Of a DNA stretch of 64,000 nt, positions 41,798 through 53,213 are shown piece by piece (positions within the stretch are counted from its first letter, which is position 1; the number at the start of each line of letters is the position of its first letter). The DNA comes from an uncultured Candidatus Rokubacteria bacterium (GTDB lineage Bacteria; Methylomirabilota; Methylomirabilia; Rokubacteriales; CSP1-6), in NCBI GenBank assembly GCA_963747235.1, contig CAVVEU010000004.1, positions 32,001-96,000 of the forward strand, in the 5' to 3' direction. The notes under the pieces were generated by a model. That model was given only the letters and a program-made list of their open reading frames with translations, was not told the origin of the DNA and searched no databases. The position numbers were made by a program, and so were the translations under genes.

Positions 41798-42908
41798 ATG
41801 ACCCAGTCGCGGGGAGTGCAAGTCCGGGCTGAGCCGCCGGGCGTTTCTGGGTGGGGCGGCCGCGCTTGCGGTGGCGGGGTGCGCGGGGATTCGTGGGCGG
41901 AAGCTGGAGGAGCTGGATCCGCGGGTGCCCGGGGTGCTGGCGGGGGCGATCTCGGTGGACATGCACAGCCACGCCGCGGGCGCGGGCTTCGCGCGGGCGC
42001 CCCGGTTCGATCTGGCGGATCACATGCGGCGTGGCCGGATGACGGCGGTGTGCCTGTGCCATTCCGCGGATGGGCCGGTCATTCGCCGGCCGCCCGGCGG
42101 CCGCATCCGCCAGTACCGCGATCCCGCGGCCGGCGAGCTCTACCAGTTCACGCGGCAGCGGCTGGCCTTCATGGACTCCCTGGTGGGGTCGGACGGCATG
42201 ACCCGCGTGCTGACCCCGGCCGATCTCGACGCCGCGAAGGCGGCCGGGCGGCCCGCGCTGATCGGCACCATCGAGGGCTGCCACTTCATGGACGGCCGGC
42301 TCGAGCGGGTCGAGGAGGTGTATCGCCGCGGCGTCCGTCAGCTCCAGGTCGTGCACTACATGCCGAGCGAGCTCGGCGACCAGCAGACCGAGGACGCGAA
42401 GTGGGGCGGGCTGAGCCCGCTCGGCGCGGATGTGATCCGGGAATGCAATCGGCTCGGCGTCGTGGTGGACGTGGCCCACGGGACCTTCAAGCTGGTCGAG
42501 CAGGCGGCGCGGGTCAGCGCGGTGCCCTTCATCCTCTCGCACACCTCGCTCGCCACCGCGCCGCTTCAGCCCTACACGCGCTTGATCTCCGCGGACCACG
42601 CAAAGCTCATGGCACAGGCGGGCGGGGTGATCGGGGTGTGGCCCGCCGCCTACCAGTTCGTGGATGCGCGCGACTGGGTATCGGGGATCGCGCGGCTGGT
42701 GGACGTGGTGGGCGTGGACCACGTGGGCATCGGGACGGACATGGAAGGCGGCGTGAACGAGGTGTGGGACGATTACGCGGACCTGCCCGCGGTGGTGGAT
42801 CTCTTCCTCCGGCGCGGGTTCAGCCCCGCGGACACGACCAAGCTCATCGGCGGCAACTACGTGCGCGTCTTCCGGCAGGCGGCGGCGGCGCGGAAGGAGG
42901 CGGCATGA
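41798..42908 (+). CDS. Membrane dipeptidase (M19) family, Tat lipoprotein-like (frameshift near start)
   Basis: LSRRAFL...AVAGC, DMHSH, IEG, DVAH, SHT, GIGTD. Confidence 0.87.
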
Positions 42909-43316
42909 AGGACATCACGGTCATCCGGCTGGACGACACCGAGCGGGTGAGCTTCGGCCCGCTGTCCCACTACCAGCCCATCGTGGGCGACGACGCGGGC
43001 AGCACGCCGGTGCGCACCGGGATCCAGACCGCGCAGCCCGGCTACGCGGCGGCGGTGCACTCGCATCCCTACATCGAGATCCTGCACATCCTGGACGGCG
43101 TCGCCGAGGCGTGGATCGACGGCAAGCCCGAATCTCTCGTACGTGCTGCGGAAGGGCGACACGATCGCGGTGCCGCCGGAGACGCCGCACGCCTTCCGGG
43201 TGGTGGGCGACCAGGAGCTGCGCCTGCTCGGCACCCACGTCTCCCCGAAGCGCATCGTCAACTACCAGGACGGGGTTGTGAGCGACGCGCGCGGTTACCG
43301 TGGCGAGGTGAGCTAG
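42905..43316 (+). CDS. Cupin domain protein (frameshift ~43140)
   Basis: VHSHPYIE, GDTIAVPPETPHAF; AAGGAGG RBS. Confidence 0.8.
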
Positions 43317-43319
43317 CCC

Positions 43320-44138
43320 ATGCGACTCGGGATCGCGGTGTCCTCGATGAACCCGGACGGCTCGCCGCTCACCGGCGACGTGCTGGTGGGCAGCGCGCGG
43401 ATGGCCGAGCGGATCGGGTTCGACAGCCTCTGGTTCTTCGACGCGATGAACCGCGGCTTCATCCTGCCGGACCCGCTGATCGGCGTCTCGGTGGCCGCCG
43501 CGGTGACCACCCGGGTCGAGGTGGGCACGTGCGTGCTGCAGGTGCCGCTGCGCAATCCGGTCGAGCTGGCCCACCGCATCCTGACCGCGCATCTCATCGC
43601 CGGTGGGCGGCTCCTGCTCGGCGTGGGCGCCGGGTCCACCAAGGCCGACTTCGACGCGCTCGGCCTCGACTACGGCGCGCGCCTGCAGGCCTTCGAGGAC
43701 GCGCTGCCGGTGATGCGCCGGCTCTGGCGCGGCGAGACGGTCGGCGCGGCCAACCTCACCCCGTGGCCCGGCGCGAAGGGCGGCCCCGCGGTGCTGATCG
43801 GGAGCTGGGGCGGCAAGCGCTGGATCCCGCGGGCGGCCCAGGAGTTCGACGGCTGGATCGCCTCCGCGGGCAAGACCAATCTCAACACGCTCACCGACGG
43901 GATCCAGCGCTACCGGGCCGCCGGCGGCAAGCGCGCGATCGTGACGAATATCGCGGTCGATCTCACCGGCCCCGCGGAGCCGTGCCCCGACGACGGCCCG
44001 TTCCATCTGCGCTGCGCCCCCGACGTGGCCGCGCAGCGGCTGCGGCGGCTGCGGGACCTGGGCTTCGACGACGCGGTGCTGGTGCTCAAGAGCGGCTCGG
44101 AGGCGAACCTGGCCGCCGCGCGCGCGCTCCTCCCATAG
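43320..44138 (+). CDS. LLM-class oxidoreductase
   Basis: AERIGFDSLW, GGRLLLGVGAG, FDGW. Confidence 0.88.
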   Translation: MRLGIAVSSMNPDGSPLTGDVLVGSARMAERIGFDSLWFFDAMNRGFILPDPLIGVSVAAAVTTRVEVGTCVLQVPLRNPVELAHRILTAHLIAGGRLLLGVGAGSTKADFDALGLDYGARLQAFEDALPVMRRLWRGETVGAANLTPWPGAKGGPAVLIGSWGGKRWIPRAAQEFDGWIASAGKTNLNTLTDGIQRYRAAGGKRAIVTNIAVDLTGPAEPCPDDGPFHLRCAPDVAAQRLRRLRDLGFDDAVLVLKSGSEANLAAARALLP

Positions 44139-44145
44139 CCCCGCC

Positions 44146-45348
44146 ATGAGCCAGACGGCCGAGGTGGTGGTGGTCGGCGGCGGCGTGAACGGCGCGAGCA
44201 TCGCCTACGCGCTGGCCGCGAAGGGCGTCAAGGTCGTGCTGGTGGAGAAGGGCGCGCTCGCGGGCGGCGCCTCCGGCCGGTCGAGCGCGCTGGTGCGGAT
44301 GCACTACACCAATGAATGGGACGCGCGGCTGGCCTGGGCCAGCTTCCCGGTGTTCCGGCACTGGGCGGAGCTGATGGGCGGGCCGCCGGTGTTCACCCAC
44401 ACCGGCTTCGTCAACGTGGTGGCGCCGCGCTACGCCGAGCATCTCCGCCAGAACGTCGAGATGCTCCGCCGCATCGGCGTCAACACCACCGCGATCACCC
44501 CGGCCGAGCTGCGCGAGCTCCAGCCCTTCGCCCACGTGGACGACGTCGGCGCGGCGGCCTACGAGCCGGAGAGCGGCTACGCCAATCCCGCCGAGACGGT
44601 GGAGGGCTTCCGCCGCCGGGCGGTCGAGCTGGGCGCGCGCGTGCTCCCGTGGACCGCGGTGACGCGCATCGTCCGGCGCGAGAGCCGGGTCACCGGCGTG
44701 GAGACCTCCGCGGGCCGGATCGACGCGGGCCACGTGGTGGTGGCGGCGGGCGCCTGGTCGCGGCGGCTCTGCGAGGAGATCGGCCTCGCGGTGCCCGCGC
44801 GGCCGAAGGCCATCGACACGGTGGCGGTGAGCCGCCCGGCGGCGCTGCGCGACCCGCACATGGTCTTCATCGACAACGTGCAGGGCAACTACTTCCGGCC
44901 CGAGAGCGGCGGCCTCACGCTGGTCGGCGTCCCGTGCCAGGAGTGGGACATCGATCCGGACACGCTCGGCACCGGGCTGCCGCCCGAGGCGGCCGGTGTC
45001 GGGGCGCAGCTCCTCACGCACCGCATCCCGGCCATGGAGCGGGCCACGCTCTCCCGCGGCTACCGCGCCTTCGACGGCTACAGCCCCGACCGCCACGCGA
45101 TCCTCGGCGCGGTGGACGGCATCGACGGGCTCTACCTGGCCACCGCCTTCAGCGGCTCCGGATTCAAGATCGCCCCGGCGGTCGGCCAGTGCATGGCCGA
45201 GCTGATCACGGACGGGCGCGCCAAGACGGTGGACATCGACGTGTTCGGCCTCGGCCGCTTCGCCCAGGGCAAGACGGTGGAAGGGCCGTATCCGTACGCG
45301 GTGCGGCCGGACTACGTGGATCCCGCGGCCGCCGGAGGCGCGCGATGA
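44146..45348 (+). CDS. FAD-dependent oxidoreductase (DAO / sarcosine oxidase beta-like)
   Basis: VVGGGVNG, ASGRS, AAGAWS, SPD, FSGSGFKIAP. Confidence 0.92.
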   Translation: MSQTAEVVVVGGGVNGASIAYALAAKGVKVVLVEKGALAGGASGRSSALVRMHYTNEWDARLAWASFPVFRHWAELMGGPPVFTHTGFVNVVAPRYAEHLRQNVEMLRRIGVNTTAITPAELRELQPFAHVDDVGAAAYEPESGYANPAETVEGFRRRAVELGARVLPWTAVTRIVRRESRVTGVETSAGRIDAGHVVVAAGAWSRRLCEEIGLAVPARPKAIDTVAVSRPAALRDPHMVFIDNVQGNYFRPESGGLTLVGVPCQEWDIDPDTLGTGLPPEAAGVGAQLLTHRIPAMERATLSRGYRAFDGYSPDRHAILGAVDGIDGLYLATAFSGSGFKIAPAVGQCMAELITDGRAKTVDIDVFGLGRFAQGKTVEGPYPYAVRPDYVDPAAAGGAR

Positions 45349-46058
45349 GCGCGGGACGGCCGCCGGGCGTCGAGTTCCACACCTTCACGGTGCTCGGCCG
45401 CTGCCCGCGCACCGGGCGCCTCGGCATCGCCACCGCGACCCGATCGCTCGCGGTCGGCGCGCGCGTGCCGCACGTGCGCGCGGGGCTGGGCGCCGTCGCG
45501 ATCATGGCCATCGCGGATGCGCGCCTGGGCTACATGGCGCTGCGCCTGCTCGAGCTCGGCTACAAGGCGCCCGCGGTGATCGAGGAGCTGGTCCGAGGCG
45601 ATCCCTACGCGGAGTACCGGCAGCTCGGGGTCATCGACGCCGACGGCTTCGCGGCCGCCCGCACCGGCAAGATGAATCGCGACTGGGCCGGCCACCACGT
45701 GCGGGACGACTACATCGTGCTCGGCAACGTGCTCACCGGCGAGCACGTCCTGGACGCGATGGAGAAGGCCTTCGCGGCCGATCCCGCCGAGGATCTCGAG
45801 GAGCGCCTGCTGCGGACGATCGAGGCCGGGCGCGACGCGGGCGGTCAGCACGGCGGCCAGCAGTCCGCCGCGCTCCTGGTCTTCGACGACCGGCCCTTCG
45901 CCCACGTGGATCTCCGGGTGGACGTGCACGCCGAGCCGATCGGCGAGCTGCGGCGGGTCTTCGACGTCTACCGGCCCGCGATCCCGTACTACAACCTGCG
46001 TCAGGTGGACGCGCGGGTGCCCCCGCTGCACGACTGGCTGGCGTCCCGGCCCCGCTGA
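45345..46058 (+). CDS. DUF1028 Ntn-hydrolase-like protein
   Basis: HTFTVLG, AVGARVP, RQLGVID, GNVL, QQSAAL, DLRVD. Confidence 0.87.
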   Translation: MSAGRPPGVEFHTFTVLGRCPRTGRLGIATATRSLAVGARVPHVRAGLGAVAIMAIADARLGYMALRLLELGYKAPAVIEELVRGDPYAEYRQLGVIDADGFAAARTGKMNRDWAGHHVRDDYIVLGNVLTGEHVLDAMEKAFAADPAEDLEERLLRTIEAGRDAGGQHGGQQSAALLVFDDRPFAHVDLRVDVHAEPIGELRRVFDVYRPAIPYYNLRQVDARVPPLHDWLASRPR

Positions 46059-48430
46059 GCGGCGCGGATCGCGTCCCAGACGCGCTCGGGCGTGACCGGC
46101 ATCTCGAGGTGCTCCACGCCCAGGTCCGCGAGGGCGTCCACGATCGCGTTCACGGTGGCGCCGAGCGCCGGAGTCGTCCCGCCCTCGCCGCCGCCCCGCA
46201 GGCCGAGCGGGTTCGAGGTGGAGGGCACCTCGCTGATCTCGGTGGTGAACGAGGGCACCAGGTCGGCGCGCGGCATCGCGTACTCCATGAAGGTCGCGGA
46301 CTGGAGCTGGCCGGACTCCGCGTCGTAGCGGCAGTGCTCCCAGAGGGCCTGGCCCAGGCCCTGGACGATGCCGCCGTGGGTTTGCCCGTCCACGATCAGC
46401 GGGTTGATGGCGCGGCCGACGTCGTCCACCGAGGTGTAGCGGAGCGACCTCCACCACGCCGGTCTCCGGATCCACCTCGACCTCGCACACCGCGCAGCCG
46501 TAGGGGAAGGACGGCGTGCTCACCGTCTCGTCCGAGGCCCCGTCGAGCGGCCCGCGCAGGTCCTCCGGCGCGTCGGGGCGCCCGGCGGCGGCCGCCACCT
46601 CGAAGAGGCCGATGGCGCGGTCGGTGCCGCGCACCCGGAACCGCCCGCCCGAGAACTCGAGATCGGCCACCGCGGATTCGAGCCGCCACGCCGCGAGGCG
46701 CGCGCCCTTCTCCACGATCTGGTCCGCCGCCTTCGCCATGACGACACCGCCGAGACGCATCGAGCGTCCCGAGTGTGAGCCGCCACCCACCGCGACGCGA
46801 TCGGTGTCGCCGCTGATCAGGCGCACCTGGTCGAGCGTACAGCCGAGCCATTCGACGACGAGCTGGGCGAAGCTCGTCTCGTGGCCCTGGCCCGCCGCGA
46901 GGGTGCCGATCACCACGTCGATCCGTCCTTCGGGCCGCACCGTGATGTGCGCGCGCTCGCGCGGCGCTCCGGTGGCGATCTCGATGTAGTTGGCGAGGCC
47001 GATGCCGCGGTAGCGCCCGCGCGCGCGGGCCTCCCGGCGCCGCGCCTCGAAGCCGGCCCAGTCGGCCAGCGCCACCGCGCGGTCCTGGACGGCCACGTAG
47101 TCGCCGCTGTCGTAGACGATGCCGAACGGATTCGCGTACGGCATCGCGGCGGTCGGCACCAGGTTGCGGCGCCGCAGCTCCAGCCGATCGAAGCCGTGAC
47201 GGCGGGCGGCCAGATCGATGAGCCGCTCCATCACGAACATCACCTGCGGCCGGCCCGCGCTGCGGTAGGCGGAGAGCGGGGAGGTATTGCTGAGCACCGC
47301 GCGGCCGCGCACCGCGGCGGCGGGCACCTGGTACACGGTGGTGGCCAGCTCGCGCCCCTTGTTGAGCGGCACGAAGGTCACGGTGTGCGCGCCGACATTG
47401 CTCGTGTTGGTGCCCCGGAGCGCGAGGAAGCGGCCGTCCGCGTCGAGCGCCAGCTCCATGCGCGGAGACGAGGTCGCGCGCCTGGTAGTCGGTCAGGAAC
47501 GCCTCGCGGCGCTCGCACGTCCACTTCACGGGCCGGCCCAGGCGCCGTGACGCCCACGCGACCAGCGCGAACTCGGGATAGAAGCTGTTCCGCGTGCCGA
47601 AGTTGCCGCCCACGTCCTCGGCCACCACGCGCACCTGGGTCTCCGGCACGCCCAGCACCTCCGCGAGATCGGCCTTCTGCCGCACCACGCCGCCCGAGCC
47701 CGCGTAGAGCGTGTAGCGCCCGGTCGCCGCGTCGTGCACGCCGAGGGCCGCGCGCGGCTCCATGGGCACGCCGGTGATGCGCGGCACCCAGGTGTCGAGC
47801 CGCACGGTGTGGGCGGCCGCCGCGAAGGCGGCGTCGGCGGCGCGCGCGTCGCCCGCGACCGAGTCCACGCACACGTTCGAGCCGAGCTCGCTCCAGAGCA
47901 CGGGCGCGCCGGGCTCCCCCGCGTCGGGGGTGGCGGTGACCGACGGCAGCGGCTCGTAGGTCGACCCGGACCCGCTCGGCCGCGTCCGCCGCCGCGGCCG
48001 CGGTCTCCGCGATCACCATCGCCACCGCCTCGCCCGCGAAGCGCGCGACGTCGGCGGCCAGCGGCGGATGCGGGGTGACGAGCACGCGCCCGCCCTCCCG
48101 GCCGCCGAGCGGGAACTCGTTCGGGTTGGTCGGCACCGGCTTGTGCGGGATCGACGCGAGGCCGTCGGCCGCCGCGTCACGCCCGGTGAGGACCGCGAGC
48201 ACGCCCGGCACCGCGAGCGCGGCGGCGGTGTCGATCGAGAGCACGCGCGCGTGGGCGTGCGGGGAGCGGACGAGATGCGCGTACGCCTGGCCCGGCAGGT
48301 TGACGTCGTCGCTGAAGCGGCCGCGCCCGGTGACGAGGCGCGCGTCCTCCTTGCGCGGCACCGGCCGGCCGAAGCCCTGAGGGGCCGAGCGCGTGCGCGC
48401 GGAGAGGAACGAGGCGCCGGGAGTGGTCAT
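46001..48430 (-). CDS. Xanthine dehydrogenase family molybdoprotein large subunit (CoxL form II-like; several frameshifts)
   Basis: RKEDARLVTGRG, RSPHAHA, MEPR, VGGNFG, AYRSAGR, GQGHET, GQTHGGIVQG, GGGEGG. Confidence 0.88.
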
Positions 48431-48486
48431 CGGGGCCGCTCACGCGCGTCGGCGCGCGGCGGCCCCGCAATCTTACCTCAGGGCGG

Positions 48487-48819
48487 CTAGCTCATCAGGC
48501 CGTCGGGCGCGGTGCCCAGGAAGAACACGCCGAGGCCATCCGCGTCCACGCGCCACACCATGGCCTCCACCCGGACCGGGCGGCCGTTCGGCTTGACGAA
48601 CTGCAGCGTCAGCGACTGGCCGGCCTGCATCTCGCCCCGGGGGCGGAGCTTCGCGCCGCGGGCGCTGACGTCCACGGTATGGAAGCGGAGCCGCTGGCCC
48701 CGGAAACGGGCGAAGACGGTCCACGAGACATTGGCTCTGCGACTGTTCCGCCGGGTGCGCTGATGCTGGCCGGCCGCGGCTGGGGGCACCTTCATGGGGG
48801 GAGGCGTCATGAGTTCCAT
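48487..48819 (-). CDS. Stand-alone PilZ domain protein
   Basis: RRNSR (RxxxR) and DVSARG (DxSxxG), GLGVFF. Confidence 0.85.
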   Translation of the reverse strand: MELMTPPPMKVPPAAAGQHQRTRRNSRRANVSWTVFARFRGQRLRFHTVDVSARGAKLRPRGEMQAGQSLTLQFVKPNGRPVRVEAMVWRVDADGLGVFFLGTAPDGLMS

Positions 48820-48832
48820 GGCGCCGGATGAG

Positions 48833-48848
48833 AGCAAGGCTCGGGCCA
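48833..48848 (-). promoter_or_regulatory. sigma54 (-24/-12) promoter of the PilZ gene
   Basis: TGGCCCGAGCCTTGCT matches TGGCACG-N4-TTGC spacing. Confidence 0.7.
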
Positions 48849-48985
48849 GTCGGCGGACCGACCGGAAATCGAAGACTTAGCGGCGGATCGGTCCGGTGCG
48901 CAATTCTCGATGGGAACGCGGCTACCCAGATACGGTCGCGGGGCGCTCGCGGCTGGACAACGCGAGAATGCGCAAATCTTTCGGC

Positions 48986-49819
48986 TCAGCCGCCGGCCGC
49001 CCCTCGCGCGCGCAGGAACGCGAGCCCCTGACGCGCGTCCTCCACCGACAGCTCGATCACGCCGGGCAGCGCCGCGAACGCCGGGTGGCTCGCCACCGAC
49101 GCCACGCCCTCGCCGATGGTGCCCGCGCCGGGGATCGCGTGGCGGTCCCGGTGCGCGCCGCACGCGAGCTGGGAGTCGTTCAGATGAAACGCGATGACGC
49201 GCTCGAGCACGCCCTCGGCGGCCAGCGCGTCGGCCAGCCGCTGGCCCGAGTCCGCGCCCGCGAGATCGAAGCCGGCCGCGTGCAGGTGGCAGGTGTCGAT
49301 CAGCAGGCCGAGCTGCTCGGGCGGCGCGCCGACGTCGCGGAGCAGTCGCGCCAGCTCCGCGATGGTCTGGCCCAGCTCGCTGCCCTCGCAGGAGTTCTCG
49401 ATCAGGAGGCGCGGGCCCGCCGGCATGCGCGCGATCAGCTCGCCCAGCTTGCGGGTGGCGAGGATCAGCGCCGCGTCCGCGCTCGGATGCCCCTTCGCGT
49501 AGCCCACGTGAAAGCACACCGCGTCGAGCCCGACCTCGGCCGCCACCTTGAGATCGGCGAGCAGGCTCGAGACGGAGGAGTTGCGGATGCGGCCCTCCGG
49601 GCTCGCCAGGTTGACGAGCAGCGAGCCGTGGGCCACGCCCCAGACGTGGCGGCCGCGGAGCCCCTCGACCAGCGCGGCGCGGTCGGCCGGCTCGGGCACG
49701 CCGTAGTTGCCGAAGCGGCCGGGATCGCGCAGGACGGTCTGGTAGACGTCCACGCCTTCGTGCTCGAGCAGCGCGGGGATGGAGGCGAGCGGGGGGTCGA
49801 TCGAGATGCCGACGCGCAT
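48986..49819 (-). CDS. nfo: Endonuclease IV (AP endonuclease 2 family)
   Basis: HGSLLVNLAS, FHVG, IENS, DTCH, HLNDS, DRH. Confidence 0.85.
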   Translation of the reverse strand: MRVGISIDPPLASIPALLEHEGVDVYQTVLRDPGRFGNYGVPEPADRAALVEGLRGRHVWGVAHGSLLVNLASPEGRIRNSSVSSLLADLKVAAEVGLDAVCFHVGYAKGHPSADAALILATRKLGELIARMPAGPRLLIENSCEGSELGQTIAELARLLRDVGAPPEQLGLLIDTCHLHAAGFDLAGADSGQRLADALAAEGVLERVIAFHLNDSQLACGAHRDRHAIPGAGTIGEGVASVASHPAFAALPGVIELSVEDARQGLAFLRARGAAGG

Positions 49820-49837
49820 GCCGCGTATTGTACCGGA

Positions 49838-50837
49838 TCAGCCGCGGGCGAACCGCGGCAGCACCGTCCGGCCGAACAGCTCGACGGTTTGCTCGGGATC
49901 GGCGGCGAGGCTCACCGTGAACATGAGCTGGGTCACCCCGGCCGCCTCGGCGGCGCGCACCTGGGCGATGCAGTCCTCCGGCGTCCCCGCGATGGCGAGG
50001 CGGCCGCGGAGATAGTCGAAGAGGCCGAGGCGCTTCGTGAGCGCCGGATCCATGTCGCGCCGTCGCGTGGTGTAGGTGGCCCGCAGCTCGTGGACGGCGG
50101 GCACGAGATCGGGCGGCACGCCGCGGCCGGCCGGGTCCGGCCCGAGGATGTACGCCGCGACGAAGCCCAGGATGTTCCCGAGCTTCTCGAGGGCGTCCTC
50201 ACGCCGCTCGGCCACGTCGAGGCAGGCGATGGACCAGACGTCGATCGCGCTCGCGGGCCGGCGGCGCCCCGGCCGCGCCCTCCGCGATCAGCTCCCGCAC
50301 CCGGCTCACGTGCTGCGCGCCGAGGCCATAGTTGACGAAGGCGCCGTCGGCCGCGGCGCCGACCGCGCGCAGCGCCGCCGGGCCCGAGGCGGCCGCGTAG
50401 ACGGGCACCGCGCGCTTGATCCACGCCAGATGCGTGGCGGCGCCGCGCCACGACGCGGGCGCCCCGCTCAGCGCCGCCTTCAGGAACGCGAGCCCCTCGC
50501 GGAGATCCGCGGCGCGGCTGGGCGCCCCGCCCACGTTGGCGACGCCGCTGTGCCCCGCGCCCACCCCCAGGATGGTTCGGCCACCCGCGGCGGCGTCCAC
50601 CGACGCGGCGGCCGACGCGGTGATGGACGGATGGCGCGTGACGAGGTTGGTGACGCAGGTGGCCAGCGTCACCCGCGAGGTCGCGGCGGCCGCCAGCGTC
50701 ATGGCCACCCACGGATCGAGCGCGTTGCCGGGCGTGTCGGCGATGCCGACCAGGTCGAAGCCCAGCTCCTCGCCCCGCCGCGCCATGCGCGCCGTGTACT
50801 CCGGCGTGTACGGCCAGAAGAAGAAGCCGAAGCGCAT
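49838..50837 (-). CDS. LLM-class (Mer-like) oxidoreductase (frameshift ~50260)
   Basis: GFDLVGIAD, VTNLVTRHP, GRTILGVGAG, AASGP, AGTPEDC. Confidence 0.87.
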
Positions 50838-50848
50838 GGCGCCCGCGC

Positions 50849-52085
50849 TCAGGGCTTGGCGGGCGGGTAGTCGCGCGAGTAGGGCGGGGTCTTGAGGAAC
50901 TCCTCCGGCTTGTAGGTCCAGAACTGCGACACCGCCGGATAGGTGTGGATCGACGGTGGTGACGAGCTTGCCGCCCGCCCTGTCCACGCGGAGGATGTAG
51001 ACGTTCTCGGTGGGATTGCCCCACTCGTCCAGCTTGATGGGCCCGCGCGGATCCGGCGTGGTCTCGATGGCCCGGCGGATGGCGGCCACGAGCTTCTCGC
51101 GGTCCTCGACCTGGCCCTTGAGCGCGCCGGCGGCCTCGGTGATCCACCGCCCGGAGCTGTACATGATGGCGTGGAAGTAGGCGGGCGTGCGCCCGAGCTT
51201 GGCCTCGGCCATCTTCATGAAGGTCTGGTTCGCCGGGTTCTGGAGCGTGGGGCTCCAGAGCAGGGAGCCCACGACGCCGACCGCTTCGTCGCCCATGCCC
51301 CGCAGCGCGCTCTCGTCGATCATGACCCCGGTGCCGATGAGCGGGGTCTTGTCCTTGAGCGCGGACTCGCCGTACTGCTTCACGAAGCGCACCGCCTGGC
51401 CCGCCACGAAGACCGCGCAGACCGCGTCCACGTCCTTGGCCACCTGCGAGAGATACGGCGCGAAGTCGAGCGCGTTGAGCGGCACCCAGATCTTCTGGAC
51501 CACCTTGCCGCCGCCGTCCTCGAAGACGCGCTGGAAGCCGCCCGCCTCCTCGTGGCCGAAGCCGTTGTCCATCGCGATGGTGGCCACGCGGCGGTACTTG
51601 AGCGTCCGGGCCGCGTAGTCGCCCAGCGGGTGCATGATCTGGCTGGCCGAGAAGTTGGAGCGGAGGATCCACTTGGCGACCTTGCGCTTGGTGAGGTCGT
51701 CGGGGGTGGTGAGGAACAGGGTGGGGAGCCGGTCGCGCTCGATCAGCGGCACCAGGCTGTTGCCCACGTTGACCAGCAGGATGCCGGTCATCACGTGGAT
51801 CTTGTCGTGGTCCACCAGCTTCCGGTACTTCGCGATGGCGGTGGTCGAGTTGCCCTCGGTGTCCTCCTCGATCAGCTCGATCTTGCGCCCGCCCGCCTGG
51901 TAGTTGACCTGCTCGAGCGCCATCTTGAGGCCGTCGAGCATGTCCTTGCCGGCCTGGGCGAAGATGCCGGTGAGCGGACCCATGAAGCCGATGCGGATGG
52001 TCTCCGCGGCGGCGGCCGGTCCCGCCGCGGAAACGGCCAGGGCGAAGACGAGCGCGGCGGCGAGGGCGACGCGGAGTGATCTCAT
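50849..52085 (-). CDS. Branched-chain type ABC substrate-binding protein (frameshift ~50950)
   Basis: Signal peptide, IRIGFMGPLTG, PRGPIKLD, VSQFWTY. Confidence 0.9.
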
Positions 52086-52120
52086 GGATGGGGCTCCTGT
52101 GTGGCGGGAGTGGACGACAC

Positions 52121-52159
52121 CCCCTCACCCTGCCCTCTCCCCCTGGGCGGGGGAGAGGG
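52121..52159. repeat. REP-like palindrome family A, copy 3 (intergenic)
   Basis: CCCCTCACCCTG-CCCTCTCCCCC-tgggc-GGGGGAGAGGG. Confidence 0.9.
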
Positions 52160-52168
52160 TAAGGCGGA

Positions 52169-53197
52169 TTAGCGGCCGAGGGCCTTCAGCGCCATCTCGA
52201 GGCCGCGCTTGCCGTCGGCCCCGGTGCGGGTGAGCCAGGTGTCCCAGGCGGCCTTGGCGGTCTGGCGCGCCTTGGCCAGCTCCTCCGCGGGCGGATCCAC
52301 GATCGTGAGGCCGAGCTCGGGCAGACGCTTGCGCACGCGCTCGTCGAAGGCGATGGCGTCGCCCCACTCCTTCTCCTCGAGGTTGGTCTCCTTGACCGCG
52401 TCGAGCACGATCTGCTGGAGATCCTTGGGGAGCGCGTCCCACGACTTCTGGTTGGCCACGATCCACTCCTGCGCGGCCCCGGCCAGGTACCAGTAGTCCA
52501 CGTACTTCGCGACCTCGAAGAACTTCATCGGCTCCGCGTTGGTGGCGGAGGTCATGGCCCCGTCCACCGTCTTCTTCTCGAGCGCGGAGTAGACCTCGCC
52601 GAAGGCGATGTTGACCGGCGCGCCGCCCAGGAGCCGCGTGATGTTGGCGGAGTCGGCGCCGTAGACGCGGATCTTCTTGCCCTTCCAGTCGGCCACCGTG
52701 CGGATCGGCGCGGTGGAGAAGATCTGCTGCGAGGGCCACGTGCTCATCGCGAGGAGCTTGAGGCCCTTCTTGGCCAGCATCTCGGTGTAGAAGCCCCGCA
52801 TCGCGAAGGCGGCCTTCTTGTGCTCCTCCATGCTGCTGGTCATGAACGGCAGCTCGAGCGGGCCCATCTCGAGCAGCACGTCGGTGAGGTAGGAGGCGAG
52901 CACCGGCGCGATCTCGGCGCGGCCGTCGAGCACCGCGGGGAGCAGCTCGGGCCCCGGGTAGAGCGAGGAGGCCGCGTGGAAGCGGATCTCCATGCGCCCG
53001 CCGGACTTCTCCTTCACCTTGTTGCCGAACGCGGTGTAGTTGATCGTGTGGTAGTAGGTCGGGGCCGAGATGTGCGGCAGGTTCCACACGATCGGCTTCG
53101 CCTGCGCGGCCACCTCGGGCGCGACCGTCGTGGACGCGCCGATGAAGACGGCGAGCAGGACCAGGGCGAGCGTGCTCCAGGTCAGGGATTTGGTCAT
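52169..53197 (-). CDS. TRAP transporter substrate-binding protein (DctP family)
   Basis: Signal peptide, KSGGRMEI, LELPF, WKGKKIR, EVYSALEKKTVDG, WDALP. Confidence 0.9.
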   Translation of the reverse strand: MTKSLTWSTLALVLLAVFIGASTTVAPEVAAQAKPIVWNLPHISAPTYYHTINYTAFGNKVKEKSGGRMEIRFHAASSLYPGPELLPAVLDGRAEIAPVLASYLTDVLLEMGPLELPFMTSSMEEHKKAAFAMRGFYTEMLAKKGLKLLAMSTWPSQQIFSTAPIRTVADWKGKKIRVYGADSANITRLLGGAPVNIAFGEVYSALEKKTVDGAMTSATNAEPMKFFEVAKYVDYWYLAGAAQEWIVANQKSWDALPKDLQQIVLDAVKETNLEEKEWGDAIAFDERVRKRLPELGLTIVDPPAEELAKARQTAKAAWDTWLTRTGADGKRGLEMALKALGR

Positions 53198-53213
53198 AGG
53201 CCTCCTCGGGGCG

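Noticed and set aside
46001-48430. True aerobic CO dehydrogenase
   Set aside because: The active-site loop is AYRSAGR, not the form I AYXCSFR, and no coxM/coxS genes are adjacent
50199-52085. SBP-LLM fusion (and the permease-SBP fusion at 35637-38069)
   Set aside because: Artefacts of indels; the native stops are visible at 50849 and 36531
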